Shown: piece after piece, positions 49,516 through 61,333 of the stretch
Layout of the letters: the number at the start of each line of letters is the position of its first letter
Position numbering within the stretch: position 1 is the stretch's first letter
Source of the DNA: Lama glama
Taxonomy: Eukaryota
Direction: 5' to 3'
DNA: 64,000 nt
Assembly (NCBI GenBank): GCA_028534125.1
Contig: CM052818.1
Location: 4,714,001 to 4,778,000, forward strand
Notes under the pieces: model-generated
Seen by the model: only the letters and a program-made list of their open reading frames with translations
The model's database searches: none
Told to the model about the DNA's origin: nothing
Made by a program: the position numbers and the translations under genes

Positions 49516-49629
49516 TAACAAAAATCTCTGCCTGAATGAGATTTTTTGGTGGGAGTGAATCAACTCATCAGAAATAATGCTGGCCAGACCATGTGTCCTG
49601 ATTCTTGGTTCAAGAAATATGGCAAGCTG

Positions 49630-50008
49630 TGAAGTAACTCAGACAAAGACAAATATCAGATGATATTACTTATATGTGGGATCTAAAAAAAATGATACAG
49701 ATGAGTTTATTTATAAAACAGAAAGAGACTCACAGACATAGAAAACAAACTATGGTTACCGAAGGGGAAAGGAGGTGAAGCGATAAATTAGGAGTCTGGG
49801 ATTGGCAGATACACACAAATATATATATAAAATTGAGAAACAACAAGGTCCTACTATATTGCACAGGGAACTATATTCAATATCTTGTAATAACCTATAA
49901 TGAAAAAGAATATACATATATATATATATATATATAACTGAATCACTATGCTGTATATCACAAATCTACACAACACTGTAAATCAATTAAACTTCAATTG
50001 AAAAAAAA
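49630..50008 (+). mobile_element. 5'-truncated L1 3' end with 18-bp TSD
   Basis: TSD aagaaatatggca(a/g)gctg at 49612-49629 and 50009-50026; L1 3'UTR core and A-tail. Confidence 0.93.
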
Positions 50009-50999
50009 AAGAAATATGGCAGGCTGGAAGCATGGGCAGAGGAAGAAAGGCAATGTGAGAGAAGAGGTGAGTGGGCCAAGGAAAGAAAGCCAATCAGCAT
50101 TTTATCAAGACCTCCCTTCCCCTGGGTGTGGGAGACTGAGATAAATGCTCTCAAGAGGAGAGGCTATGGCAGAAACATGTACGGGATCAGCCCTGGCTTG
50201 GTTCTTGGTGCAGGGTGTATACCATTTGGCCCCATCCAAAGGGTGGTGATTCTCTAGGTGAGGATTTTTTGCTTAGGGCCCCATCGGGATGTCCTGTTGG
50301 CAGGGCTGACTCCATCAATGTCATTCCTCCCTCCTGCCCACCTTTGTACCCCCACACTTGTCCAGCCTGGGAAGTGCCCCCGCCATGAAGACAGTTTCCC
50401 AGAGGGAAGTGTAGCTAACAAGGTATGGCTCTTTCTGCAGTCAGGAAGATAGATTCTGGGTGCGTCAGCCTTGTTTATCCCACACTGTGCAGGTCCCTCT
50501 AGAGAACAATTCTGTACTAGAGGGGAGACTAGTTTGCTCTGGGATGACTTAATTTTGCTATATGAGTCTGACCCATCCAGGATAGCATTTTCTTTCAATG
50601 AAGACTCAAGAAGGAGGGACTGAGATTTGAGTGACCCTGGTTTGACAAATGAGAGATTGGCCAAATCTTTTGTTTTCTCTAAGGTGCCAAATGAGGACAG
50701 TTGGTCCATCATACGCTTACATTTTATAACAGCAACAGTGGGTAGGTGGGTCGCCCTGGTGGTTCTGAGTTGTAGGAATGGCCATGGTCATCTCTGTGTG
50801 CAGGGAGAAACCTGGCAGCGTTACTGAAGGCAGATGGAAGCAGGGAGAGATTGAAGCCAGGAAGAACATTTAAAGAACTTGTGCACAATTCCAGACCATG
50901 GTTTCAATTATTATTGCTTCTGATTTTTGTTCTAGTGATGCCCCTACTACTCCAAACCAATGTCCTCCTGACCACTGGTTCTTGCTTTTTAATCCTTCT

Positions 51000-51480
51000 T
51001 GGTTACGAGTTGATTTGTATCCTTCTCTATCCTCTCCACCGCTCTCCCCACAAAAAGATTGTCATAGTCCTAACCCCACTACCTCAGAATGTGACCTTAT
51101 TTGAAGATGGGGTCTTTACTGACATAATCAAATTAAAATGAGATCATTAGGGTGATCCAACATGACTGATAGCCTTACCAAAGTGGGAAATCTGGACCCC
51201 AGGATGGACATGCATCTGGGAAGAACGCCATGTGATGATTAAGGCAGAGATCAGAATGATGCTACTACAAGCCAAGGGACACCAAAGGTGGCCAGCAAAC
51301 CTCCGGAAGCTCAGGGAGAGGCACGAACAGATTCTTTCTCACAGCCCTCAGAAGGAACCAAACTCGGTCTCAGACTTCACCTTGATCTTCAGCCTCCAGA
51401 TCTGTGAGACAAGACATAGCTGTCGTTTAAGCCACACCGTTTGTGGTGCTTTGTTACAGCATCAGTCGCAAACTGATACA
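51000..51480 (+). mobile_element. MLT1B/C-like MaLR solo LTR
   Basis: gtcctaacccc...cctcagaatgtgaccttatttgaagatggggtcttt...ggcagagat...caagccaaggga...cagccctcagaaggaaccaa...ttgttacagc...aactgataca. Confidence 0.85.
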
Positions 51481-54400
51481 GTGTCTTTCTGCTCTTTTGG
51501 TTTCAGACCCTGGGCTTGCTGTGACTACCAGTGATCCTTATTTTGATCCCAACTTGATTTCTTCTCAATCTCCCCAAAGATATTAGTCTTTGTACTGTAA
51601 AACTTAAGATGCTGTGTCCCACCTGGCTCTTTCTTGGGTCTATCTGTATATTTGCATGTAGCTCTCCACTAAGTCTCTGCTCTGTGCAGTATAGGGAGGT
51701 CCAGGTGGTAGTGCTATAAACGGGCAGCTTTACCAGCCTCTGAGCATCCCTTTGACGTCCACTCTACACTGCCATCTATGGGCTCTTGGGGTCTAAATCC
51801 CCCACCGTGCTCTCACTAACATTTAAAGCTGAATCAGAAGGAAAGACCGGTGACTTAAAGCTCCTCTGATTATTCTTCAGATTTGTTTGCGTGTAATTCT
51901 TGGTCCTGTCCCAAAGCCATCCCAAATGCATTGATTCCAAGGTATGGCTTTAAAGTTGGGGATCTGGTTATAACCTGACAAAATGTAATTGAAATAATGT
52001 GCCAACTCTGGACGATATTAAATTCTCAAAGGTCGATAGTACACACAAAAATATAAGAATCTAAAGGATGATATGATCTAGTCAAAAGCCTACTTTCCCT
52101 ACAGTCATAGTCTCTCAGGTATTCAAATATGCACTTTCCCATTAAGCTTCTTATTTAATATGGGCACTGGAATTTCATCATGAAGGTAGGATACATTGCT
52201 TTGATCATTTCCGTCCAATCTTGTTTCACTCAGTGAAGTCAAGAGAGGCACCTTTGCCGTCAATCAGCAGGCACAACTTGACCTTGCGCTGGGTCGCACA
52301 AGCTCTCTGCTGGAAATGTAAACATGATCTCCGTTCTGAGTGAGCTTTCCGTGTGGCTGAGGAGATAAGGCACCCGGATGCCAAGCACTTAGAGAACAAT
52401 TCAGTGCTAAAACGGTGTTGAACTGGCGTTGGTGCAGAAGGAGTCTGATTTCAGGGAGTTTCCTGGGTGACATGGAGCTTCAGTTTGTTGCTGAAGGTCA
52501 AGGTATCCCCCTCCTCCTCTCACCTCAAATCTTCTCTTCTATCTGTCTGTATTACTCGTTGTTTGATTACAAATCAGACTCCAAAGAGGAAATACAACGT
52601 GGCCGGAGGCTGGAGCTGGTGGAAGAGACTGTCATTCTTGATGCTGTGAGGGATACCTTATTCACTGGAAATCTAGATAAATCACTTATCATGAAAATAA
52701 CAGTCCCCTGTTAGTGCAGGCTGTCTCTTCAGATTCCCCTTCCTACACTTAACTTACCAAAAGACCCACAATTTTCTACGATATACGTGAAATTTAAATG
52801 AGACCATGGGGAGTTCCTTTTCCACGTTTCCAGAGCAGGGGATGGGAGACCTGTTCCCAGCTTGCAATGTGCACAGATGTGTTTCCAATAAAGCGCAATT
52901 AGACCTCCCCGCTCCCTTGTCCCCTTCCCGTTCGCCACGAGGCGGTGCGGATGAAGTGTGAGCTCACGCGCAGGTTAATAAAGCCATCGCTGCTTGTGTC
53001 TTCACATGGAAAGGGTCTTGGTTTTGTTTTCTTCACGAAAGTGCTGATTTAATTTGAAGTTGGGAAAAAAAAGAAGGAAGGAAAAACAAGTTTCCAAAAT
53101 ATGAGACAACAGTTCTCTTTAATAGGAACCACATTTCGCCTGTAAATTATGGTACCTGTGGGTCCCTGGGCACAGGCTGGGAGGTGATGAAGCTTCGGCC
53201 TGGGGAGCCGTGTTGATATTTTGGCCCATCTGGGCTCACATCTCTTGGGTTTCTCGGGATTCATGGAATATATCTGGCCACAGTGAAATGTGAGAAACCT
53301 TTTAGAAAAGTGCAGTGGAAATAAATAGCAATGAATATTTATGTGCCTAGACCAAAGGTCAAAACTCTTTTTAGTTCTCAGGGCCATTAGTGAGGTTAAA
53401 TAAGGTCTATGGGGACTGCAGGTTCCAATGATGGGGCTGAAGGATAGGTCATGGGGGGGAGGAATGAAGCAGATGAGTGGAAGGGAAGGGAAGGGAAGGG
53501 GTAGAGCCTTAAAGAAAAGGAGATATGGGAAAAAGTGTCCACAAGGGATTAAGCTAGTAGGAACCAGCAACAACTTCTGGCTCTATGTTAAATCATTATC
53601 CTTGGTTTAAAACACGATTCCCATAATTTTCCATATGATTTTAAAAGGTGCTTGGACCTTCCTAAAGTTTTACCCTCCTAAGGTGAAGAGTTGGTTGTAT
53701 AAATTTCTGGGGAGGGTCAGAGTTGAAAGAACCTGGGGAACTGTCCTTCCAGGTGAGAACTGTCTTGAGTCAAAGGGCTAGGGGTGGTGCCATGGTAACT
53801 GGCACAGAGACTAACCAGTTAAACCTCCAAGATTGTCCCCTCTCCCATTGCCTTTGCTGCCTCCTTCTTGTTGTGGTGTCACATTTGCTGGGTACTGTTG
53901 GCCATCCTGACGCTGGAAGGAAAAATGGTTTCTGCCTTTCCAGTAACGACTGATCACCCAGAATCTTGTCTGGAAATATGTGGAACATGTTGGACCATTA
54001 ATCAAAGTAATTTTCCTCTGAAGAGAAAGCAGAAAGATTTAGAGTGAGATTATTTGAGTTGTGTTGGAAAAAACTACCCAGTAAAATGTCCCTCAATACA
54101 GATTTTAGTCTTTATAGAATGCAGGATCTCCCTTTGCAAGCAAAGTTTGGGAGATAGGGTTTTTTTTTGTTTCTTTTCTGTTCTTGCGTGTTTCAGGTTT
54201 TCTCATTTTATTTATTTATTTTTTAACTCCAGGGCCACTCCCTTCAACTATCCATCCATCCATCCATCCATCTACCAGCAAACTTTTGTAGGGAGTTTTT
54301 GTGCTGGAAACAGCTAGGTACTGTGGATAGAGAGACGAATGAGAAATGATTCCTGCCCTTGGGGAGCTCACAGTCCAGTGGGAGAGAGAGAGGTAAACAT

Positions 54401-55067
54401 TAATTATAACGGTGTGAAAAATTCTCTAATAAAGTTCAGAGCAGGGTGCTGAGCTGCCCCGCAGAGCTGGAGGGCAGCGATCATCCATTTCACCTTAGCC
54501 ATCTGAAGGTCTTTGATTCCTCCAAGAGTAAACCATGAGTCCCAAATCTCAGGGGTGCTGGGTGAGGCATAGCTTTAAAATAAGTCTCGCAGGTTGCAGC
54601 TACTGCTGATTCAGACAGCGCGAAGAAGCCGATGACTGTGAGATTTATTCCCAGGGTTCATGGACTTCTGAATTTATGTTCTCTCGGCTCTCTTTCCTCC
54701 CTAGGGCATAAATATGCTCTAATATGACAATTCTCCATTCCTGCTCCTGCCTGTCTCCAACCTGCTGTTTAACTTGATTCTTTGGGAGGCCTGTCCTTAC
54801 CCAACGAGTTTCACAAAAACTGAAATGGGGTAGGGATTGAGTCCCATGTCCCTCATTCCACCCAAGGCCAATTAAGCAACAGCTGCCGGAGACTTAGACC
54901 ACGCTGAGCAGACACTCTGCAATTTCTCTAGCGCCTTCTTCATCATCATTTATTCAGAGACCAGCTTGCAGTCAGGAAAAAAGACAGTGACAGTGGGAAC
55001 ACCCAAGTGCCTGGAAGGATGCTTTCAGGAAGAAAACACATGTAGTCAAATGATCCTAGTGGTTTTT

Positions 55068-55228
55068 TTTTTTATTTTGGGGGTTTTTTGGTTTGTTTGT
55101 TTTTGTATTTGGAGGGAGGGAGGTAATTAGATTTTTATTTATTTATTTTTAATGGGGATGCTGGGGATCGAACCCAGGACGTTGTGCATGCTAGGCATGC
55201 GCTCTACTGCTGAGCTACACCCTCCCCT
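55068..55228 (-). mobile_element. Vic-1-like camelid SINE with perfect 17-bp TSD
   Basis: Minus strand ggggagggtgtagctcagcagtagagcgcatgcctagcatgcacaacgtcctgggttcgatcccc; TSD tgatcctagtggttttt (55051-55067 / 55229-55245). Confidence 0.93.
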
Positions 55229-58200
55229 TGATCCTAGTGGTTTTTGTTTGTTGTTTTGTTACCAGGAGCCATAATAGGAGAAGGGGAATATGAAGTTGGG
55301 AAATCTTTTGTTGTTATTCAGATTTGAATATTTCCAGTTTCGGAGATTTGTGTCGTAGAGGAAAAGATGTCCTTACTGATCCCACTGAGAAGCATTATTA
55401 ATGGCTTTGGCTGCTGAGGAGAAGATCTCCAGCCGAAGAAAGGAGCATTCTAGATTTGTGCATCCCCTGGAATGCACAGCCTTAGAAAACAACGGAAAAA
55501 CTCTGTAGAGAGGACATTTTTTTCTAGTAGTTTAATGATCTCCTGAAATGTAAATTTGCATTTGTCCACATGGTTGAAAAGTTGAGCTGCTTGGTGGACA
55601 TTTCTGTGAATTATGTGGTTGCAATAGATTATCAAGCCTTTCAGTGACCCTGAAAATATGACTTTTTAACAGTTAAGGCAGGAAAAAAAATGATCAAGAC
55701 CAGCTAAAAGAGATGAAGGTGGAACTGACATTTTTGAAGTCATAGAATTTAAATTTAAAGGCAAAACAAGTAGAATGAGGAAAAAAGTATGGTGATTACT
55801 TTATAAACAGTCATATTTGGGGCATCGAGGGTCTAGCTTTGGGGAAAGCAGGGCTGGAATTTTCTTGGCACTGTAGACATACTTGGAAATGTAAATCATA
55901 TTTCTACACGTCTGGGTTGCTGGGGTGACATTCACCAATCTTGTCCCTCTCTGCATCATGTAAGTTGTGGACCAGAGGTAGGTTGGACGAGCCCTTTGGG
56001 GGCCTGCTTCAGGGCAGGGGGCTAGGGATTGTCAAGTTACAGAGTCAACAGTGCCTGCGTAAAGCTGTGAGACCTCCTGAAGGAAGGCATCACCTGGAAT
56101 AAAACCCCTGTCCCACACCTGGCTGGCCGCTTTCCCAAGGTGAGGACACACCTGGCCTGGAGCGTGCACCACTGGTGACCCTGCCTCCCTCACCCCCCCG
56201 CTTTCCCCTCCCTCAGTCCCAGCCTGTGATTGGTCCTGCCTTGCTGGAGTCTTACCCCTCATATAAATAGCTCCTGAGATTTGTTTTGAATTAAGCCTTA
56301 GAGTTGCATTGATGATTGAAGGAAATTGAAAGGTATTCTATGAGTACCCTTCTACGAAACCACAGAAAGATGTTACGAGGGGAAACCTCTGAGCGCCTAA
56401 TCCCAGGAGCTCACATTTTAATTAAAGCATATTTCCCTCTAGTGACATAGGCCAGTATTCCCGTTGCAGCAACATGAGGAACACATATATAAACAGAATC
56501 ATCTCCTTTCTGACCCACTCCATCCTGAATCTTCAGCAGGTGTTATTTTCTGCATAAGCCACACCCAGAGCTCCGTGCCTTTGCGTGTGCTGTTCTGCCT
56601 GCCTGGAGTGCTTTCCTCCCACTTCATCTGGCAGGGGTTTCATCGAGTCCATCTCTGCTTCATGTGTCTATCAGAACATTTAGTATGTTGCAGGTCTCTC
56701 CAATGGAGAGACCAATTCAGTGAATGTTTGATTGGATGGAAGGGGGCATGCTCTTTGCCATGGGAAATCATGGACCATAAAAGACTAAATAATACCCAGC
56801 AAAAATCGAATAATTCATTCTTAAACATTGGAAGAGAATCACATTTAGGAAGACAGGAGGGAAGAAATTACAGGTGAGGAAAACCATAGAATCAGAGGCA
56901 CAAAAGTGGAGATGAGATGTGACTAATTAGATTGGAAGGTGTATTGAAAGAAATGATAGGAAATAATGTTTGCAGGGCCCGTGTTACTGGATTGAATCCC
57001 TTGAGAAACTTAAAAGAGACGAAATGGGTAATGGGTAGCCATTGAATGTTCTTCAGCGGGAAATAACCTGATGCAAGTGGTCAACGGGTGAGGTGCAGCC
57101 TGGTGGCGACCCTAGCTTGGTGTATATGCACTACTGTGAATCAGTAGGCAGGGCAGTGGGCATGGGGAGGGTACATCCTAGAGGAATTTGCAAGGAAGAG
57201 ATGCTGGAATTGGTTATGGATGACTGCATGAGAGTCAGAGACCCAGGCCTCCATCTTGATTCAGCTGCAAACTTCCTGTGTGGTTTCAGGCAGCAAATTT
57301 ACCTGTTTGGATTTGGGATACTTATGTGGCTCTTACGAGTGATTTTCAGACTAGGGCTCCGTGGAAAGGTTTTAGTAGTTCTGCAAACTTTATTGGAATT
57401 CCCGTGTAGAACACATTTTAACTATTTTAAAACACTGCAAGAAAAATAACACATATTCAAATGTCTGTCATTTCACATTTTAGCGTATCTAAGAATGTCA
57501 GGATATTAAAATATACTGCTAAGTTAACTTATTTGGGGTGAATATCAGAATAAAAGCTTGCCTGTGGGTGCACATATTTGGTGAGTGATACTGAGTTTCT
57601 GCACTGGTCTGTCTGTCTCTCTTAAATTCTGACATGACTGCTGCATGTCTCCATTGACATAAAATTGCACAAGTGCATCTGTGACCACAGGACACTTGCA
57701 CCTGTTCACTTAAGTGCCAGCTCAAGCTTATTTGCACTGGTTCTCCTCATGGCTTAAGATTTGTTTGTGTACCCACAACTGACTCACTCACATCTTGAAA
57801 ACATCACATTAGAGCTAAAATGAATGCTTCCTTTCTGATTTTACGATTAGAAATGCACGAATTTATTACGTGTTACTAACAATTCAACTTTGAAACAGAT
57901 AACTTCCTACTGCTTTTCTTGTAAGCTTCTAGGTGAATTTAGTTGAGCAGAAACCCAAGCTGTAAGGCAAGTTGATTTAAAACGAGACAATACAAAACCT
58001 ATTACCACTTGCAACCACTTAGCCAGATGAATGAGGATTCTCTAAATATTGTGCAACTAAACCAAAACAAAATAATAAATCAGATACTGCGGTTAATATG
58101 ATTGTGGCTATTCCAAATTTTTACATTCATCAAATCAGCCTTGGAGTTGTCAGGGATATACTATACATATACATTGTGTGCATACTATATATGTATCCTT

Positions 58201-58924
58201 ATTTAAACTCATGAAAGAAATATATTCTAGTGAATTTCTGCTTTTATTTGTCTTAAACCTTAGGATCCCATGTAAAATTTACTTTTTATCAAGGGTATCT
58301 TGGCTGCAATAAAAACCACTAGATCAGGTGACCTCCAAGGTTCCCTGTAGTTCTAACACCCTGCAGTCTTCCAGGGTAGGCATGAGCAGGGTGCAGGAAG
58401 GGGTGTATCAGGGCAGGGTTGGATAGCTGGTTGCCAGTTTCTGTGTTCAGCTTGGGAGCTTCATTCCATCTGTTGAACAGGGACTGAGTGTCGAGGTACA
58501 CATACCCTTTCTGGGGCCTCACATTTGGTTGAGATTTCAAATGTATGAATAAATGATTTTTTTTTGTAAGCACATGATATATACCATGTTATTAAAGGAA
58601 GTGATTGTGATGTAGAAGGGTTGGTAGATTTGGTGGGAAAATGAATGAATTCTTTTCCGGTTGGTTTTATTTTGTTAGGTGAAGTCAATGAGGTGGGAAT
58701 AAGGACGGGAATGGACTAATGGTCCTTTAAGGTGGTGAGAAAGTGAATCAACTAGAAAATATAGAAGGTTCTGCTGGGCAGTATTGCAGGCCCACTTGAA
58801 GTCTGCCATTTTGGTTTTAGGTAAGACTGATCAACATGGCGTGTAATTTTTCCAGCTATGCCTGGATGCCAAGGAGGTGTAAGAAGAAAGGTGAATTTGA
58901 CCATGTGATGAGCATTCTCTTGTT

Positions 58925-59390
58925 TGGACCCATTCTCCATCCTTCTTCACCTGGCTTGGTGCTCTGGGTGGCTGCCATTTATGAATGACTCAATGGATTC
59001 CTTGGTCTCGGGATTGGATTTGGCCAATGGCAGGCACGGGCGGGAGACTGGAGGGCAGGAGGCAGTGAGGTGCTTACATCAGTTCTCTACTCCCTCCCCA
59101 GTGGCCCCTGGTAGGCATGGCTACATCCGACTATGAAGGCCCCAGTTCCCATGGGGCAGCCCTCTCATAACTGTAGCTCTTTATAGTTCCTGGAAATCAC
59201 TCTCTCTTCTTATTCCTTCAGGCAGAGGGCTGGTGACTTTTCCCACTGATGTTAGTCCTGGCATGCTCCCTGACTCCACATTGGCTTCCCTTTACCCACC
59301 TACCTGTTCAGAAACAGCCCCTTTATTAAACTCTCTTCATAGGCTCTGCCTTTGTTTCACCACTTTCTCGGTAAGTCCCTGACTGCTGCA
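58925..59390 (+). mobile_element. LTR33-like ERVL LTR (old)
   Basis: ttggatttggccaatggcaggcac...gagactggagggcaggagg...ccctttattaaactctcttca...ccctgactg. Confidence 0.65.
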
Positions 59391-59964
59391 AACCTGGTTT
59401 GGAGTGTGGTCAGGCAAGCTTATCGGAGGGGAAAGAACATGGCATTTGTGAGTATGAGCAAGAGAGAGATGATGATGGAAGAAGGACTCTAAGCCGAGTC
59501 AAGAGAAAAATGTGGGTGTGAGCAGAGTGGAGAGACTGCAAAAGTGGTGCTCTGTTGTTGGAAAAACCCAAAGGGGTCAAGGGGTTTGGGGGTTGGAGTA
59601 CTGGAACAAGTGAGCTGAAAATTGGGGACCAGCCTCAGAGTAACGTGCTTAAAATAGAAAATTTGTGACAGATGCAATGATTGATATTATCAGTCTCCAT
59701 GTCACTGGTTCTCAGCCCTGGCTATGTGGCAAAAATTCCTCACGACTGGCTTCACCTCCAGAGACTCTGACTACAACTATGGGACCTAGGAATTGTGATT
59801 TTAACAAGTTGTCTCAGATAATTTGGATTTGTGACCAGTGCTGAGAATCACTAATCCAGGGTATGAGCCTGGGAGTGGTTGGCTGAGGTGGTGGAGGGAA
59901 AGGATCCTTAGCAGCCAGAGGTCAAGAAACCGAGAGGCCGGAGTCTCAGAAGAACCACCTATGT

Positions 59965-60203
59965 TGGGAGTTTGAGATTTGCAAATATTAACTACTGTAT
60001 ATAAAAACAGATAAGAGAACAAATTTCTTCATATAGCACAGGGAACTATATTCAATAGCTTGTAATAACCTTTAATGAAATAGAATATGAAAATGAATAT
60101 ATGTATGTACATGCATGCCTGGGTCATTATGCTGTACACCAGAGATTGACACATTGTAACTGACTTATACTTCAGTAAAAAAATTTTTTTCAATTAAAAA
60201 AAA
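59965..60203 (+). mobile_element. 5'-truncated L1 3' end
   Basis: gggagtttgagatttgcaaata...tatagcacagggaactatattcaatagcttgta...atgctgtacaccagagattgacacattgtaactgac + A-rich tail. Confidence 0.9.
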
Positions 60204-60544
60204 ATCACCAAGAATGGTAGCAGAGTTTGTGGTGGAGGGAATTGAGTGAATCAGAGACAAACACTGGAAGTTTGGCAGCGCTTGGAAGAGCTTGGGTACG
60301 TTACTTACTCTGAGCCAAGCCTCTGGCTGTACTTTCTCCTCTTAGCGCAGGGTCACTGTCCAGGGGTGAGTTGCTTCTAGGTAAGTTTCTCTTCGGTTTA
60401 TCCCGCTCTCCTAACCCGTCTCCATCTTTGGCTTTCGTTATTTCCTTTTAGGATTACCTTTCCCTACTGCTGGTGTTTGGGGAATTACATGACCCAGGGC
60501 CTCTGCAGTGTCTTACCCAGATCGGCTTTTCTTTGCTTTGCTTT

Positions 60545-61333
60545 CTTTTTTTTAAACTGAAGTGTAGTTGATTCACAATGTGTGTTAATTTCTGAGGTGC
60601 AGCATAGTGATGCAGTTATATATGTATATATACATATATATTCTTTTTCATTATAGGTTATTATAAGTTGTTGAATATAATTCCCTGTGCTATACAGTAG
60701 GACCTAGTTTATATATTCTGTATATAGTAGTTTGGGATTAGCATCTGCTAATTCTGAACTCCCAGTTTATCTCTCCCCCATCCCTTCAGTAACCATAAGA
60801 TTGTTTTCTATGTCTGTGAGTCTCTGCTTTGTAGTAAGTTCATATGTATCATCTTTTAGACTCCACATATAGGTGATACAATATGAAATTTGTCTTTCTC
60901 TGTCTGACTTCACTTAGTATGATAATCTCTAGGTCCATCCATGTTGCTGCAAATGGCATTATTTCAATGTTTATGGCTGAGTAATATTCCATTGTATATA
61001 CATATATACCACATCTTCTTTATCCAGTCATCTAAATTGATGGACATTTAGGTTGCTTCCATGTCTTGGCTATTATCAATAGTGCTGCTGTGAACATGGG
61101 GGTGCATATATCTTTTCAAATTGGAGTTTTCTCCAAATATATGCCCAGGAATGGGATTGCTGGATCATAGGGTGAGTCTATTTTTAGTTTCTAAGGGAAT
61201 CTCCATACTGTTTTCTATAGTGGCTGCACCAAATTACATTCCCACCAGCAGTGTAGGACAGTTCCTTTTCCTCCACAACCTCTCTAGCATTTGTCGTTTA
61301 TGGACTTTTTAATGATGGCCATTCTGATTGGTG
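60545..61333 (-). mobile_element. 5'-truncated L1 (ORF2 end + 3'UTR)
   Basis: Antisense L1 (ccctgtgctatacagtaggacc, ctaggtccatccatgttgctgcaaatggcattatttc, gggattgctggatcata, tttaatgatggccattctga). Confidence 0.92.

Noticed and set aside
52415..52714. 99-aa ORF with protein-like composition (DYKSDSKEEIQRGRRLELVEE...)
   Set aside because: No recognisable family and no convincing flanking splice sites; length is within chance expectation.
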